From an uncultured Jannaschia sp. (GTDB taxonomy: Bacteria; Pseudomonadota; Alphaproteobacteria; Rhodobacterales; Rhodobacteraceae), in contig CALFSY010000249.1 in NCBI GenBank assembly GCA_937916365.1, positions 1 through 43,997 of the forward strand: a stretch of DNA of 43,997 nucleotides. Reading direction: 5' to 3'. The translations under genes and the position numbers were made by a program. The notes under the pieces were generated by a model, which was not told the origin of the DNA, ran no database searches, and saw nothing but the letters and a program-made list of their open reading frames with translations. The number at the start of each line of letters is the position of its first letter. Positions within the stretch are counted from its first letter, which is position 1. Shown here in pieces: positions 1 through 10,117 of this stretch.

Positions 1-575
1 CCTTTATCACCGCCCATTTCCCCGCGTTTGTGACCGAGGTCTGCGGGCCGATCACGCCGGGGTCTGTGCTGCATTCCATGGGCATCACCACCACCTCTGC
101 CCTAGGGGCCTGGGCGATTTCGTTGATCGGTATGGCCAACATCGCGGGCACGATATTTGCCGGGTGGCTTGGTGCGCGGTTTCCCAAAAAATATATCCTA
201 ACGGCCATTTATGCGGGGCGCACCTTGGCGGCGTCGATTTTTATTCTAACCCCGATCACCCCATTGACCGTGGTTGTTTTTTCCATCGTGATGGGATCGT
301 TGTGGTTGGCGACTGTGCCGCTGACCTCTGGGTTAATCGGATATATTTACGGCCTGCGTTACATGGGCACACTTTACGGCATCATTTTCTTTAGCCATCA
401 GTTGGGCGGATTTTTGGGCGTATGGTTAGGGGGCTGGATGTATGATTTATACGGCAGCTACAATGCCGTTTGGTGGATCGGTGTTGGTGTGGGCGCGATT
501 TCGGCCATCGCACATTTGCCAGTGAATGAAAAACCACTGGCCGAACGGGCGCAAGGCGTGCCAATCACCGGTTAA
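1..575 (+). CDS. MFS transporter, C-terminal fragment (5' end outside the window)
   Basis: The frame is open from nt 3 to TAA at 573-575. The product is TM-rich and hydrophobic (…LGGFLGVWLGGWMYDLYGSYNAVWWIGVGVGAISAI…), typical of the last helices of MFS permeases. Confidence 0.7.
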   Translation, partial: FITAHFPAFVTEVCGPITPGSVLHSMGITTTSALGAWAISLIGMANIAGTIFAGWLGARFPKKYILTAIYAGRTLAASIFILTPITPLTVVVFSIVMGSLWLATVPLTSGLIGYIYGLRYMGTLYGIIFFSHQLGGFLGVWLGGWMYDLYGSYNAVWWIGVGVGAISAIAHLPVNEKPLAERAQGVPITG

Positions 576-583
576 AGGTGGTG

Positions 584-1090
584 TTAGGGGTAAGTCGCGG
601 TCAAATCTTTCCACATGATATAGGCATCGACATACCCATGGGCCGGGTGTTGAAACGCCTGCGGAATGCGCCCCACGATTTCAAACCCCGCCCTTTGCCA
701 AAGCCGTATGGCAGGGGCATTTGAAGATACGACAAAGTTAAACTGCATCGCACGATACTGTTGTGCACGGGCTTGATCCAAAGAATGTGCCAACATGGCC
801 CGCGCCACACCCTGCCCACGTGCGGCGGTGGCCGTCACATAGCCGCAGTTGCACACATGCGCCCCACCGCCGCCTTGGTTCCGGCGCAGATAATATGTGC
901 CTAAAATTGTTTCATCACGTTCTGCAACATGCACAATATGGTCGGGCGCGCACCAATACTTTATGGCGGCCTCATCGGTGATGCCTGGATCAATGGCATA
1001 GGTGTCCCCGGCCTGAAAGACCGGCCTCAAAATTGAAACCAACGCCTGTCCATCGACGGCGGCAAATGGGCGGATTGAAATCCCGGTCAT
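584..1090 (-). CDS. GNAT family N-acetyltransferase
   Basis: 168-aa ORF. It has an acetyl-CoA-binding-like core (…YVTATAARGQGVARAMLAHSL…) and a typical GNAT C-terminal beta-strand region (FNFVVSSNAPAIRLWQRAGFEIVGRIP). Confidence 0.8.
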   Translation of the reverse strand: MTGISIRPFAAVDGQALVSILRPVFQAGDTYAIDPGITDEAAIKYWCAPDHIVHVAERDETILGTYYLRRNQGGGGAHVCNCGYVTATAARGQGVARAMLAHSLDQARAQQYRAMQFNFVVSSNAPAIRLWQRAGFEIVGRIPQAFQHPAHGYVDAYIMWKDLTATYP

Positions 1091-1222
1091 GGACGATGTG
1101 CCCTACCTTGCACAGTGTTACACATAAAATGTCGTTGCCTAATGTTACGTCAATCGTGGGCCAAGTTATCATTGCATACTATAATTTTACATCGCTCTTT
1201 TGTATGGTAGATTACAAAGGTG

Positions 1223-1507
1223 ATGGTCCAAGCCCTTATGATATTATTAACCGCGCTCACGCTAATCGCGTGTCAGGCGGATATACCCGATGCATCGCGT
1301 GTTATTGGGTCTGGGCCCGATCCATGTGGCGCGGCGGGGTGGGCACATCTGGTGGGGCAAACCCGCGATGTGTTGGCGGGCATAACATTGCCTACGCCCA
1401 CACGGGTGATAGGGCCAAACGATGCCGTAACAATGGATTATTCCCCAACCAGATTGAACATATCGTATAACGAACATGACGTCATTACCCGCGTTCGATG
1501 CGGGTAG
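1223..1507 (+). CDS. Peptidase inhibitor I78 family lipoprotein
   Basis: It has a signal peptide with a lipobox (LTLIAC). The C-terminal domain CGAAGWAHLVGQ…RVIGPNDAVTMDYSPTRLNISYNEHDVITRVRCG matches the I78 inhibitor pattern. ATG 1223 sits just after GTG 1220 and is preceded by aaagg. Confidence 0.7.
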   Translation: MVQALMILLTALTLIACQADIPDASRVIGSGPDPCGAAGWAHLVGQTRDVLAGITLPTPTRVIGPNDAVTMDYSPTRLNISYNEHDVITRVRCG

Positions 1508-1626
1508 GGCCAAATCAATCGGTCCGGCGTGCGTATGAAAATGCCTTGCATTGATCGTTTACGTTATCTAAATGGAATATAACAGCGGCGTGTTGGGGCT
1601 ATAACCTAACATTCCACCGGAAATGC

Positions 1627-1650
1627 AACGGGCCGCGTGCCCGTTTTTTT
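1627..1650 (+). terminator. Intrinsic-terminator-like hairpin plus T7 tract, immediately upstream of the rimP start
   Basis: Stem AACGGGC (1627-1633) pairs with GCCCGTT (1639-1645) around loop cgcgt. The T run covers 1644-1650. The structure ends 8 nt before ATG 1659. Confidence 0.45.
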
Positions 1651-1658
1651 GTGCCAAG

Positions 1659-2228
1659 ATGATGACAAGCCTGATCGCCAAAACCGCCATGGACAAAAGA
1701 TTGGCCGAAATCTTGATCCCTGTGATTGAAAACATGGGGTTCGAGGTCGTGCGTATCCGCGTGCAGGGTGGTAAAACCAAAACGTTGCAAGTCATGGCCG
1801 AACGCCCAAGCGGCGGCATAGAGGTAGAGGACTGCGCCGCCATTTCCACCCAGATCAGCGCAATCTTAGATGTCGAAGACCCGTTGGACGATGCCTATGT
1901 GTTAGAGGTTTCAAGCCCTGGTATTGATCGGCCCCTAACCCGGCAAAGGGATTTTGAGGTGTTTGAAGGATATGAGGTGAAACTGGAAACGACGGAAATG
2001 ATTGATGGGCGGCGCCGGTTCAAAGGTATGCTGGCCGGCGTGCAGGATAACGAGGTGTTGTTGAACATTGACGCAGGCACCATCGGCCTGCCATTTGACT
2101 GGCTAAGCGATGCAAAGCTGGTGCTGACTGACGATTTGATAAAAGATATGCTGCGCCAACGTAAAAATACCCAAAATTCCCCATCCTCCCCTTCGGACGA
2201 ACATGATCCGATATTACAGGGGAATTAA
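1659..2228 (+). CDS. rimP: Ribosome maturation factor RimP
   Basis: The N-terminus [38 protein letters not shown]… and the motif [12 protein letters not shown] are characteristic of RimP. It sits directly upstream of nusA. I chose the start at the ATG pair 1659/1662 rather than the ORF-track start at 1623. Confidence 0.85.
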   Translation: MMTSLIAKTAMDKRLAEILIPVIENMGFEVVRIRVQGGKTKTLQVMAERPSGGIEVEDCAAISTQISAILDVEDPLDDAYVLEVSSPGIDRPLTRQRDFEVFEGYEVKLETTEMIDGRRRFKGMLAGVQDNEVLLNIDAGTIGLPFDWLSDAKLVLTDDLIKDMLRQRKNTQNSPSSPSDEHDPILQGN

Positions 2229-2283
2229 AAAATGCCAAACATACAACAAACCCCACAACCCGTTGACATAGGAAAGTGACCCC

Positions 2284-3909
2284 ATGTCCATCACATCTGC
2301 AAACCAATTAGAATTGTTGCAAACCGCCGAGGCCGTCGCGCGCGAAAAAATGATTGATCCCGCGCTAGTCGTCGAAGCGATGGAAGAAAGCCTCGCCCGG
2401 GCTGCAAAATCACGCTATGGGGCCGAGCTTGACATCCGCGTATCAATCGATCGCAAAACCGGTCGTGCCACCTTTACCCGCGTGCGCACCGTGGTCGATG
2501 ACGAAGAATTCGAAAACGAAAAGGCACAGTTGACTGTCGAACAGGCCAAACAATACTTGGAAAATCCCGCCATCGGCGACACATTGATTGACCAAGTGCC
2601 CCCCGTAGATATGGGGCGGATTGCCGCCCAATCGGCAAAACAGGTGATTTTGCAAAAGGTGCGCGAGGCCGAACGCGACCGTCAATACGAAGAATTCAAA
2701 GACCGCGTCGGCACCATTATTAACGGGGTGGTAAAACGCGAAGAATACGGCAACGTCATCGTCGACATCGGCCGCGGTGAGGGCCAAGTGCGCCGCACCG
2801 AAAAAATCGGACGCGAAGCTTATCGCACCGGTGATCGTATTCGTGCCTACATCAAAGATGTGCGCCGTGAACAACGCGGCCATCAAGTGGTGCTAAGCCG
2901 CACCGCCCCTGAATTTATGGCCGAACTGTTCAAGATGGAGGTGCCCGAAATCTACGACGGGATCATTGAAATCAAGGCCGTCGCGCGCGACCCAGGCAGC
3001 CGCGCAAAAATCGCCGTAATCTCGTATGATACCTCCATCGATCCCGTTGGTGCCTGTGTGGGGATGCGTGGGTCGCGCGTGCAGGCGGTGGTCAATGAAT
3101 TGCAGGGCGAAAAAATCGACATCATCCCCTGGAACGAAGATGCACCCACCTTTCTGGTCAACGCTTTGCAACCGGCCGAGGTGTCAAAAGTGGTCTTGGA
3201 CGAACAGGCCGAAAGAATCGAAGTTGTTGTGCCGGACGATCAATTATCGTTGGCCATTGGTCGCCGTGGGCAAAACGTGCGGTTGGCCTCGCAATTAACG
3301 GGGCTTGATATTGATATTCTGACCGAGGAAGAGGAATCAAAACGCCGCCAGGCAGAGTTCGAAGACCGCACGCGGTTTTTCATGGATACCTTGGATTTAG
3401 ATGAATTTTTCGCCCAACTGCTAGTGGCCGAAGGATTCACCGCGTTGGAAGAGGTCGCCTATGTCGATCAAAACGAGTTGTTGACCATTGACGGCGTAGA
3501 CGAAGCAACCGCCGATGAATTACAGGCCCGCGCCCGCGACTACCTACAAGAACAAAATAAAAAAGCATTGCAAAAAGCCCGCGAATTGGGCGTGACCGAC
3601 GCCTTGATTGATTTCGAAGGTCTATCGCCGCAAATGTTGGTCGCTTTGGGTGAGGATGGTATCAAAACATTAGAAGATTTTGCCACCTGTGCCGATTGGG
3701 AATTGGCCGGCGGTTGGACAACTGTAGATGGTGAACGTGTCAAAGATGAAGGTTTGCTTGAAAATTTTGATGTAAGCCTGGAAGAAGCCCGCAACATGGT
3801 CATGACGGCCCGCTTACACCTGGGCTGGATCACGCAAGAGGAACTAGAAGCACAGCAAAACGACATATCCACCACCCTTGATGACGCAGACGCGGAAAAC
3901 AACGATTAA
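2284..3909 (+). CDS. nusA: Transcription termination/antitermination factor NusA
   Basis: 541 aa. S1 and KH regions are recognisable (…GVVKREEYGNVIVDIGRGEGQ…, …IDPVGACVGMRGSRVQAVVNELQGEKIDII…), as are C-terminal acidic HhH repeats. The rimP-nusA-infB gene order is conserved. Confidence 0.97.
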   Translation: MSITSANQLELLQTAEAVAREKMIDPALVVEAMEESLARAAKSRYGAELDIRVSIDRKTGRATFTRVRTVVDDEEFENEKAQLTVEQAKQYLENPAIGDTLIDQVPPVDMGRIAAQSAKQVILQKVREAERDRQYEEFKDRVGTIINGVVKREEYGNVIVDIGRGEGQVRRTEKIGREAYRTGDRIRAYIKDVRREQRGHQVVLSRTAPEFMAELFKMEVPEIYDGIIEIKAVARDPGSRAKIAVISYDTSIDPVGACVGMRGSRVQAVVNELQGEKIDIIPWNEDAPTFLVNALQPAEVSKVVLDEQAERIEVVVPDDQLSLAIGRRGQNVRLASQLTGLDIDILTEEEESKRRQAEFEDRTRFFMDTLDLDEFFAQLLVAEGFTALEEVAYVDQNELLTIDGVDEATADELQARARDYLQEQNKKALQKARELGVTDALIDFEGLSPQMLVALGEDGIKTLEDFATCADWELAGGWTTVDGERVKDEGLLENFDVSLEEARNMVMTARLHLGWITQEELEAQQNDISTTLDDADAENND

Positions 3910-3939
3910 GGTGTCATTGATTTGTATCAAGACATAACC

Positions 3940-4578
3940 ATGACCCGCGGCGGGCAGAATAAAAAATGCGATAATGGGGCCATGCGCCGCTGCATCGCGA
4001 CAGGTGCGGTGCAACCAAAACATAGGCTTATCCGTTTTGTTGTGACGCCCGATGGAGATATTGCGCCCGATCTACTTGAAAAATTGCCCGGACGTGGCAT
4101 TTGGATAAGTGCAGACCCCGAGGCGTTTGAAAAGGCGATCAAGCGCAACCTTTTTGCCCGCGCTGCCAAAACGCGGGCCATCGCTGCATCCGACCTGACC
4201 GAAAAGGTCGAAACAGGTCTTGTGTGGCAGGTGACACACCTTATCGCCCTGGCCCGCAAGGCAGGGCAGGCCGTGGCCGGGTTTGAAAAGGTCAAAGATT
4301 GGCTTGCCTCTGATCGCGCTGTCATCTTGTTTCAGGCAATGGATGGATCGCAGCGTGGCAAATCTAAATTGCGCCCCCCCCAAAGCGCGCGGTATTTTAA
4401 TGTTTTGACATCCGCAGAATTGGGTTTGGCATTCGGACGGCACAGTGTGATACACAGTGCGCTTGCCGCTGGTGGTTTGGCCCACCGTGTTGTAGAGGGT
4501 GCTATGAAATTGCAAGGCTTGCGTGCAATCGACGCAAGCGGCGGCCAAGCCGCCGGAAAGGACGAAAACAGGGTATGA
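3940..4578 (+). CDS. YlxR/DUF448-type RNA-binding protein with an L7Ae-like C-terminal domain
   Basis: The motif [24 protein letters not shown]…[10 protein letters not shown] is the DUF448 signature. It sits between nusA and infB. Its stop overlaps the infB ATG (ATGA at 4575-4578). The start is ATG 3940, though TTG 3922 is possible. Confidence 0.8.
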   Translation: MTRGGQNKKCDNGAMRRCIATGAVQPKHRLIRFVVTPDGDIAPDLLEKLPGRGIWISADPEAFEKAIKRNLFARAAKTRAIAASDLTEKVETGLVWQVTHLIALARKAGQAVAGFEKVKDWLASDRAVILFQAMDGSQRGKSKLRPPQSARYFNVLTSAELGLAFGRHSVIHSALAAGGLAHRVVEGAMKLQGLRAIDASGGQAAGKDENRV

Positions 4579-7058
4579 GCGACCAAGACGGCAAAAAAAC
4601 CCTTGGCTTATCCGATGGGGCCCGCAGCGGGCGCGTGAACCAAAGTTTTTCACGTGGACGAACCAAAAGCGTTTTGGTGGAAACCAAACGCAAACGGGTG
4701 TTGACCCCAAAACCTGGTGCGAAATCCGCCGCTGCCAAATCGGCCGAAGGCAATAAGCGCGAAAAAACGGTGCCTGATGCCGAACTGGAACGCCGTGTAA
4801 AAGCCATCCAAGCTGCAAAGGCCCGCGAAGCCGAAGAAGAAGAACGCCGCAAGGTTGAAGCCGCCAACCGTGAGGCCGAACGCGCCCGCCGTAAAGCCGA
4901 ACAAGAAGCCCGCGAACGCGAAGAAGCGTTAAAAGCACAGGCCGAAGAAGAGGCGCGCCAAGCCGCATTAAAAGCCGCGGCAACAAAACCAGCCCCGTCA
5001 AAATCCACCGCCGCACCTGCCAAAAGCGAGGCAGAACGCCCGGCCCAACAAACCCAACCCGGCACAGGACCGCGGAGCGGTAAATCCGCCCCCAATCGCC
5101 GCAACGACCAAGACCGCGAAGATAAAACAGGACGTGGGCGCGGCGAACGCGAAGGCCGCCGCTCCGGGAAATTGACAGTGAACCAAGCGCTTGCCGGTGG
5201 GGAAGGCGGGCACCAACGATCGCTTGCCGCCATGAAGCGCAAACAAGAACGCGCGCGGCAAAAGGCGATGGGCGGGGGCGAGGCGCGTGAAAAAATCGTG
5301 CGCGACGTGCAGGTGCCCGAAACCATTGTTGTGTCGGAATTGGCGGGGCGCATGGCCGAACGGGTGGCTGATGTGGTCAAAGCGTTGATGCAAAACGGCA
5401 TGATGGTCACACAAAACCAATCCATAGACGCCGACACGGCGGAATTGATTGTCGAAGAATTCGGCCATCGCGTGCAACGGGTCTCAGACGCCGATGTCGA
5501 AGACGTTATTGATACCGTCGAAGACGCCAGCGTAGATTTACAACCCCGTCCACCGGTCGTCACCATCATGGGCCACGTCGACCATGGTAAAACCTCGCTT
5601 CTGGATAAAATTCGCCGGGCTAATGTTGTGTCGGGTGAAGCGGGCGGTATCACGCAACATATCGGCGCCTATCAGGTAAAAACCGAAGGCGGCGCGATTT
5701 TAACCTTTCTTGACACACCGGGCCACGCGGCCTTTACCGCCATGCGCGCGCGTGGGGCGCAGGTGACCGATATTGTGGTGTTGGTTGTCGCCGCTGATGA
5801 TGCGGTGATGCCGCAAACGGCCGAGGCGATCAACCATGCCAAGGCGGCCCAAGTGCCCATGATTGTGGCCATCAACAAAATCGATAAGCCAGAGGCCAAC
5901 CCCCAAAAGGTGCGCACAGATCTTTTGCAGCACGATGTGATTGTCGAAGATATGTCGGGCGAGGTGCAGGATGTAGAGGTTTCGGCCCAAACGGGCCAGG
6001 GTTTGCCCGATTTGTTGGAATCGATTGCTCTACAGGCCGAAATCCTGGAACTAAAGGCCAACCCTGATCGTGCCGCGCAAGGCGCGGTGATCGAAGCGCA
6101 GCTTGACGTGGGCCGCGGCCCCGTTGCCACTGTATTGGTGCAAAACGGCACCTTGAAACAGGGCGATATTTTTGTTGTGGGTGAACAATGGGGTAAGGTT
6201 CGCGCGCTTATAAATGACCAGGGCGAACGTGTAAAACACGCCGGCCCATCGGTTCCCGTCGAAGTGTTGGGTTTGAACGGCACGCCCGAGGCCGGCGATG
6301 TGTTAAATGTGGTCGATACCGAGGCACAGGCGCGTGAAATCGCCGCCTATCGTGCGCAGGCGGCCAAAGATAAACGCGCCGCGGCGGGGGCGGTTGCCAC
6401 GCTTGACCAACTTATGGCCAAGGCCAAGGCCGATGAACATATTGCCGAATTACCCATTGTGGTAAAGGCTGATGTGCAAGGATCGACCGAGGCGATCGTG
6501 CAAGCATTGGAAAAAATCGGCGATGATCAAGTGCGCGTGCGTGTTATCCACCACGGCGTGGGCGCAATTACCGAAAGCGATATTGGCCTGGCCGAGGCCT
6601 CGGGCACCTCTGTCATAGGGTTTAATGTGCGCGCAAACGCCCCGGCCCGCACGGCGGCCAACCAAAAGGGCGTAGAATTGCGGTATTATTCCGTAATCTA
6701 TGATTTAGTTGACGATGTGAAAGCCGCCGCATCAGGCCTTTTGGGTGCCGAAATCCGCGAAAATTTCATCGGATATGTCGAAATCAAAGAAGTATTTCGC
6801 GTCTCGGGCGTGGGCAACGTTGCGGGGTGTCTGGTGACCGAGGGCGTGGCCCGCCGGTCGGCAGGTGTGCGTTTATTGCGCGATGATGTGGTTATCCACG
6901 AAGGCACCCTAAAAACGTTGAAACGTTTCAAGGATGAAGTGCGCGAAGTGCAGTCAGGCCAAGAATGTGGGATGGCGTTCGAAAACTACGACGACATTCG
7001 TGCAAAAGATGTGATCGAAATTTTCGAACGTGAAGAGGTCGAGCGCACCTTAAATTGA
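4575..7058 (+). CDS. infB: Translation initiation factor IF-2
   Basis: 827 aa. It has a charged E/A/R/K-rich N-terminal region and the GTPase motifs [17 protein letters not shown] and NKID. Confidence 0.97.
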   Translation: MSDQDGKKTLGLSDGARSGRVNQSFSRGRTKSVLVETKRKRVLTPKPGAKSAAAKSAEGNKREKTVPDAELERRVKAIQAAKAREAEEEERRKVEAANREAERARRKAEQEAREREEALKAQAEEEARQAALKAAATKPAPSKSTAAPAKSEAERPAQQTQPGTGPRSGKSAPNRRNDQDREDKTGRGRGEREGRRSGKLTVNQALAGGEGGHQRSLAAMKRKQERARQKAMGGGEAREKIVRDVQVPETIVVSELAGRMAERVADVVKALMQNGMMVTQNQSIDADTAELIVEEFGHRVQRVSDADVEDVIDTVEDASVDLQPRPPVVTIMGHVDHGKTSLLDKIRRANVVSGEAGGITQHIGAYQVKTEGGAILTFLDTPGHAAFTAMRARGAQVTDIVVLVVAADDAVMPQTAEAINHAKAAQVPMIVAINKIDKPEANPQKVRTDLLQHDVIVEDMSGEVQDVEVSAQTGQGLPDLLESIALQAEILELKANPDRAAQGAVIEAQLDVGRGPVATVLVQNGTLKQGDIFVVGEQWGKVRALINDQGERVKHAGPSVPVEVLGLNGTPEAGDVLNVVDTEAQAREIAAYRAQAAKDKRAAAGAVATLDQLMAKAKADEHIAELPIVVKADVQGSTEAIVQALEKIGDDQVRVRVIHHGVGAITESDIGLAEASGTSVIGFNVRANAPARTAANQKGVELRYYSVIYDLVDDVKAAASGLLGAEIRENFIGYVEIKEVFRVSGVGNVAGCLVTEGVARRSAGVRLLRDDVVIHEGTLKTLKRFKDEVREVQSGQECGMAFENYDDIRAKDVIEIFEREEVERTLN

Positions 7059-7094
7059 TGTAATTCGATTCAATTTGAAAAGGTGCTTTTGTAC

Positions 7095-7271
7095 TTAGGT
7101 GTCCAGTTCTTCGACCTTTGCCTCGGCGGATTTTTGCACCAATGTTACTGCGTGCAAACAATCCCTGCGGTTTTTGTAGCCTTCGCCACTACCGGCGATG
7201 ATCTGCCCGTTTGAGGCGCGAAGACGCCAGCGCCATTCGCTGGCCTTATCGCGGTATACTTGGAATTTCAT
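7095..7271 (-). CDS. DUF1508 (YegP-like) small protein
   Basis: The 58-aa product MKFQVYRDKASEWRWRLRASNGQIIAGSGEGYKNRRDCLHAVTLVQKSAEAKVEELDT matches the YegP/DUF1508 repeat pattern. ATG 7271 is preceded by aaaggat. The ORF-track extension to 7424 has no support. Confidence 0.7.
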   Translation of the reverse strand: MKFQVYRDKASEWRWRLRASNGQIIAGSGEGYKNRRDCLHAVTLVQKSAEAKVEELDT

Positions 7272-7533
7272 TTTTAATCCTTTCTGGGATACGCCCGTTT
7301 GAATGTGTGCGCCGTGTAGCGCATTATTATTGTTTATGATTTTTCCAAACAACATCCCGATCAGATTGCCTTTGGCATTGCAGGGCCAAACGGCAACAAC
7401 GATTATGGGCGCGTATGGGGCCATCCGTTCGCACCCATACCCTTATACGATATTTGTCTTTAGGTCCACCGATCTGTGAATATGTTGGGTTTATTGCCCA
7501 CCTATCTACAAAATGGATGCTTTTGCCCCAAAA

Positions 7534-7998
7534 TTATTCTGGGTTGCGGCGCCAGATTGAAATATTCAGCGCCGCAGCCAAAGTGACCCAAATAAGATAT
7601 GGCACAAACAAAAGTCCCGCGATTGTGTCGAGTTGGAAAAAGCTAACCATTGTGCCGCACACCGCGGCCCAAAGCCCCCCCATAACGCCCAATGCCGCCC
7701 GTATTCGATGTAGGCCGAAAAAAACTGGGCTCCACAGTGTGTTAAATGCAATCTGCATTCCCCAAAAGGCCATGGCATAGGCGTTGTTGTCTAGGTTGGC
7801 CACCCGCGCGGCAGCGACCGCCGCAGATATGTAAAGAAACGTCCACACAACCGGAAAGACCCCGTTGGGCGGCGTCCATGCCGGTTTTGAAAGTGCGCGA
7901 TACCACGACCCCGGCGCAAACCCTGCACCTGTCGCCGCCGCAGCCCCACACGCCAACAGAAAAATTACAAATACACCCCAATCCATGGCCCGTGCCAT
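7534..7998 (-). CDS. tspO: Tryptophan-rich sensory protein TspO (CrtK)
   Basis: 154 aa. The N-terminus M(ARA)MDWGVFVIFLLACGAAAATG…WY…LSKPAWTPP…VFPVVWTFLY…AFNTLWSPVFFG…VPYLIWVTLAAALN is collinear with Rhodobacter TspO. The start is 7998 or 7986. Confidence 0.9.
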   Translation of the reverse strand: MARAMDWGVFVIFLLACGAAAATGAGFAPGSWYRALSKPAWTPPNGVFPVVWTFLYISAAVAAARVANLDNNAYAMAFWGMQIAFNTLWSPVFFGLHRIRAALGVMGGLWAAVCGTMVSFFQLDTIAGLLFVPYLIWVTLAAALNISIWRRNPE

Positions 7999-8050
7999 AC
8001 CACAGTAGAATGGCCAAGGTCCATTCAGATCCGAAAGGTTATTTTGAAAG

Positions 8051-8094
8051 TGTATATTTAAGTTGACATTCTATAGTGTCAGGATAGGCTTACA
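8051..8094. promoter_or_regulatory. Tandem PpsR/CrtJ-type operators (TGT-N12-ACA, 8-bp spacer, TGT-N12-ACA) overlapping a sigma70-like -35 box of the bchC promoter
   Basis: The first palindrome is TGTatatttaagttgACA at 8051-8068. The second is TGTcaggataggcttACA at 8077-8094. They are separated by 8 bp (ttctatag). A TTGACA box at 8063-8068 lies inside palindrome 1. A possible -10 TAGGCT at 8085-8090 (16-nt spacer) lies inside palindrome 2. The element sits in the tspO/bchC divergent intergenic region. Confidence 0.7.
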
Positions 8095-8171
8095 TTTACA
8101 TGCGCATACATTGGCCAAAGATTCTTGACCAACCCTGACCCGCGCAATGATGATGACGAGGAAAACACAAG

Positions 8172-9113
8172 GTGCATTCAACCGCTGTAATCTTTGAAGG
8201 TGCCCAAAAACTCACCCTTGGTGCGGTGGGTCTTTCGGTGCCTAAAACACACGATGTGGTGGTGGATGTGCGGTATTCGGGCATTTCAACCGGCACCGAA
8301 AAACTGTTTTGGGCCGGGCGTATGCCACCGTTTCCTGGCATGGGCTATCCATTGATCCCCGGGTATGAGGCGATGGGCGAGGTTGTGGAGGTCGGCGCCG
8401 AATCTGGATTTTCGGTCGGCGACACAGTATTTGTGCCTGGTGCAGATTGTTATCGCGATGTGCGGGGATTGTTCGGGGCGGCGTCCCAGCGGATGGTTGT
8501 GCCCGGTGATCGAATCATTGCCATTGATCCCACGTTGGGGGCCGAAGGCGCGCTTTTGGCGTTGGCGGCCACAGCGCACCATGGGTTAACGGCCCCGCAC
8601 GCACGATTGCCCGATTTGATCGTCGGTCATGGCGTTTTAGGGCGGCTATTGGCGCGCTTAACGTTGATCATGGGCGGATCACCCCCCACTGTTTGGGACA
8701 TTGATGCCCAAAGACAGGGCGGTGCCGAAGGTTATCGTGTCATTCACCCCGATGACGATGTGCGCCGCGATTATCAATGCATTTATGATGCGTCCGGTGA
8801 TGCGGCGGTGCTTGACCAACTTATCGCGCGCCTGGGTAAGGGGGGCGAGGTCGTTTTGGCGGGCTTTTATTCGGCCCCAGTGCAATTTGCCTTTCCGCCC
8901 GCGTTCATGCGCGAAGCGCGGCTGCGCATCGCCGCCGAATGGACGCAAGACGATCTGACCGCCACGCGCGATTTGGTCGGCGACGGTGTGTTAAACCTTT
9001 CAGGTCTTATCACCCACAGCGCCCCGGCGCATCGGGCCGAACAGGCATATCACACAGCATTCGAAAATCCCGCCTGTCTAAAGATGATTTTAGAGTGGGA
9101 GGGCATTGCATGA
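8172..9113 (+). CDS. bchC: Bacteriochlorophyllide a dehydrogenase BchC (2-desacetyl-2-hydroxyethyl bacteriochlorophyllide a dehydrogenase)
   Basis: 313 aa with a GTG start preceded by gagga. It is a zinc-ADH-like protein with the BchC-type N-terminus ([17 protein letters not shown]…[30 protein letters not shown]). It sits upstream of bchXYZ. Confidence 0.93.
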   Translation: MHSTAVIFEGAQKLTLGAVGLSVPKTHDVVVDVRYSGISTGTEKLFWAGRMPPFPGMGYPLIPGYEAMGEVVEVGAESGFSVGDTVFVPGADCYRDVRGLFGAASQRMVVPGDRIIAIDPTLGAEGALLALAATAHHGLTAPHARLPDLIVGHGVLGRLLARLTLIMGGSPPTVWDIDAQRQGGAEGYRVIHPDDDVRRDYQCIYDASGDAAVLDQLIARLGKGGEVVLAGFYSAPVQFAFPPAFMREARLRIAAEWTQDDLTATRDLVGDGVLNLSGLITHSAPAHRAEQAYHTAFENPACLKMILEWEGIA

Positions 9114-10114
9114 GCCTTGATACACCCCCGAACTTAAAAGGGTATGACCAAACCCTACGGCAAGAGGCGGCGGCGCCCACATTAGAGGTGCCGCAAGCCG
9201 AGCCCACAAAAAAAACCCAGATCATCGCGATCTATGGCAAGGGTGGTATCGGTAAATCCTTCACCCTTGCAAACCTAAGCCATATGATGGCCGAACAGGG
9301 CAAGCGTGTCTTGTTAATTGGGTGCGATCCGAAATCAGACACAACATCGTTGCTTTTCGGGGGGCGTGCCTGCCCCACAATCATCGAAACCTCAACGGCT
9401 AAAAAATTAGCCGGTGAAGAGGTTAAGATCGGGGATGTGTGTTTCAAACGCGGTGGTGTGTTTGCCATGGAACTTGGCGGCCCCGAGGTTGGGCGCGGGT
9501 GCGGCGGGCGCGGGATCATCCATGGTTTTGAATTGTTGGAAAAACTGGGCTTTCACGATTGGGATTTCGATTACGTTTTGCTCGATTTTCTCGGTGATGT
9601 GGTGTGTGGCGGGTTTGGTTTGCCCATTGCGCGGGATATGGCGCAAAAGGTTATTGTTGTAGCATCCAATGACCTACAATCGCTTTATGTGGCCAACAAT
9701 GTTTGTTCGGCGGTCCAGTATTTCCGCAAACTTGGCGGTAACGTCGGCGTCGCAGGGATGGTCATTAACAAAGATGACGGCGGCGGGCAGGCCCAGGCCT
9801 TTGCCCAATCTGTTGACATTCCGGTGTTGGCCGCCATTCCCGCAGATGAAGATTTGCGCCGTAAATCAGCAGGCTATGAAATTGTGGGCACCAATGCGAC
9901 ACGTTGGGGCGCGTTATTTTCGGATTTGGCGGACAATGTGTCCAAAGCGCCGCCTACGCATCCTGCCCCCTTAACGCAAGATGGGCTTTTGGCGTTATTC
10001 GACGGCAAAGATACCGGCGCCGATTTTGTGTTGGATCCCGCGACTGAGGCCGACATGCGCGGGGCAAACGCGGCCTTAAAACCATCCCTAGAAGTTATTT
10101 ATGATACGGTATAG
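9110..10114 (+). CDS. bchX: Chlorophyllide a reductase iron protein subunit BchX
   Basis: It is a NifH/BchL-like ATPase with the P-loop [13 protein letters not shown] and CGGFG cluster ligands. ATG 9110 overlaps the bchC stop (ATGA). The upstream part of ORF 8939-10114 lies inside bchC and is not coding. Confidence 0.95.
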   Translation: MSLDTPPNLKGYDQTLRQEAAAPTLEVPQAEPTKKTQIIAIYGKGGIGKSFTLANLSHMMAEQGKRVLLIGCDPKSDTTSLLFGGRACPTIIETSTAKKLAGEEVKIGDVCFKRGGVFAMELGGPEVGRGCGGRGIIHGFELLEKLGFHDWDFDYVLLDFLGDVVCGGFGLPIARDMAQKVIVVASNDLQSLYVANNVCSAVQYFRKLGGNVGVAGMVINKDDGGGQAQAFAQSVDIPVLAAIPADEDLRRKSAGYEIVGTNATRWGALFSDLADNVSKAPPTHPAPLTQDGLLALFDGKDTGADFVLDPATEADMRGANAALKPSLEVIYDTV

Positions 10115-10117
10115 CAC

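Noticed and set aside
4072-5653. Two long antisense ORFs (314 aa at 4072-5016 and 383 aa at 4502-5653) opposite ylxR and the 5' third of infB.
   Set aside because: They lie opposite a confidently identified IF-2 gene. Its E/A/R/K-rich, GC-rich repetitive N-terminal region suppresses stop codons on the complement. The products are low-complexity (R/S/A/P-rich) and have no recognisable family features or start context.
7272-7533. The 262-bp gap between the DUF1508 gene and tspO, examined for a small RNA, tRNA or mobile-element scar. It contains a 7-bp stem GTATGGG/CCCATAC at about 7413-7440.
   Set aside because: I found no tRNA-like cloverleaf, no terminal inverted or direct repeats and no T tract after the stem. 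The space is adequately explained as the tspO 3' UTR plus the DUF1508 promoter. I cannot exclude an sRNA without expression data.
8939-9109. N-terminal extensions in the ORF track that overlap the preceding gene: bchX from 8939, rfbB from 22750, rfbD from 24015, dgoK from 32536, the GH42 gene from 34779, trhO from 17767, the SBP from 27004 and pufB from 13523.
   Set aside because: In each case homology begins at an internal ATG or GTG that either overlaps the upstream stop codon by 4 nt or has its own SD. The extension is arginine/proline-rich out-of-frame read-through of the neighbouring gene, typical of GC-rich DNA.
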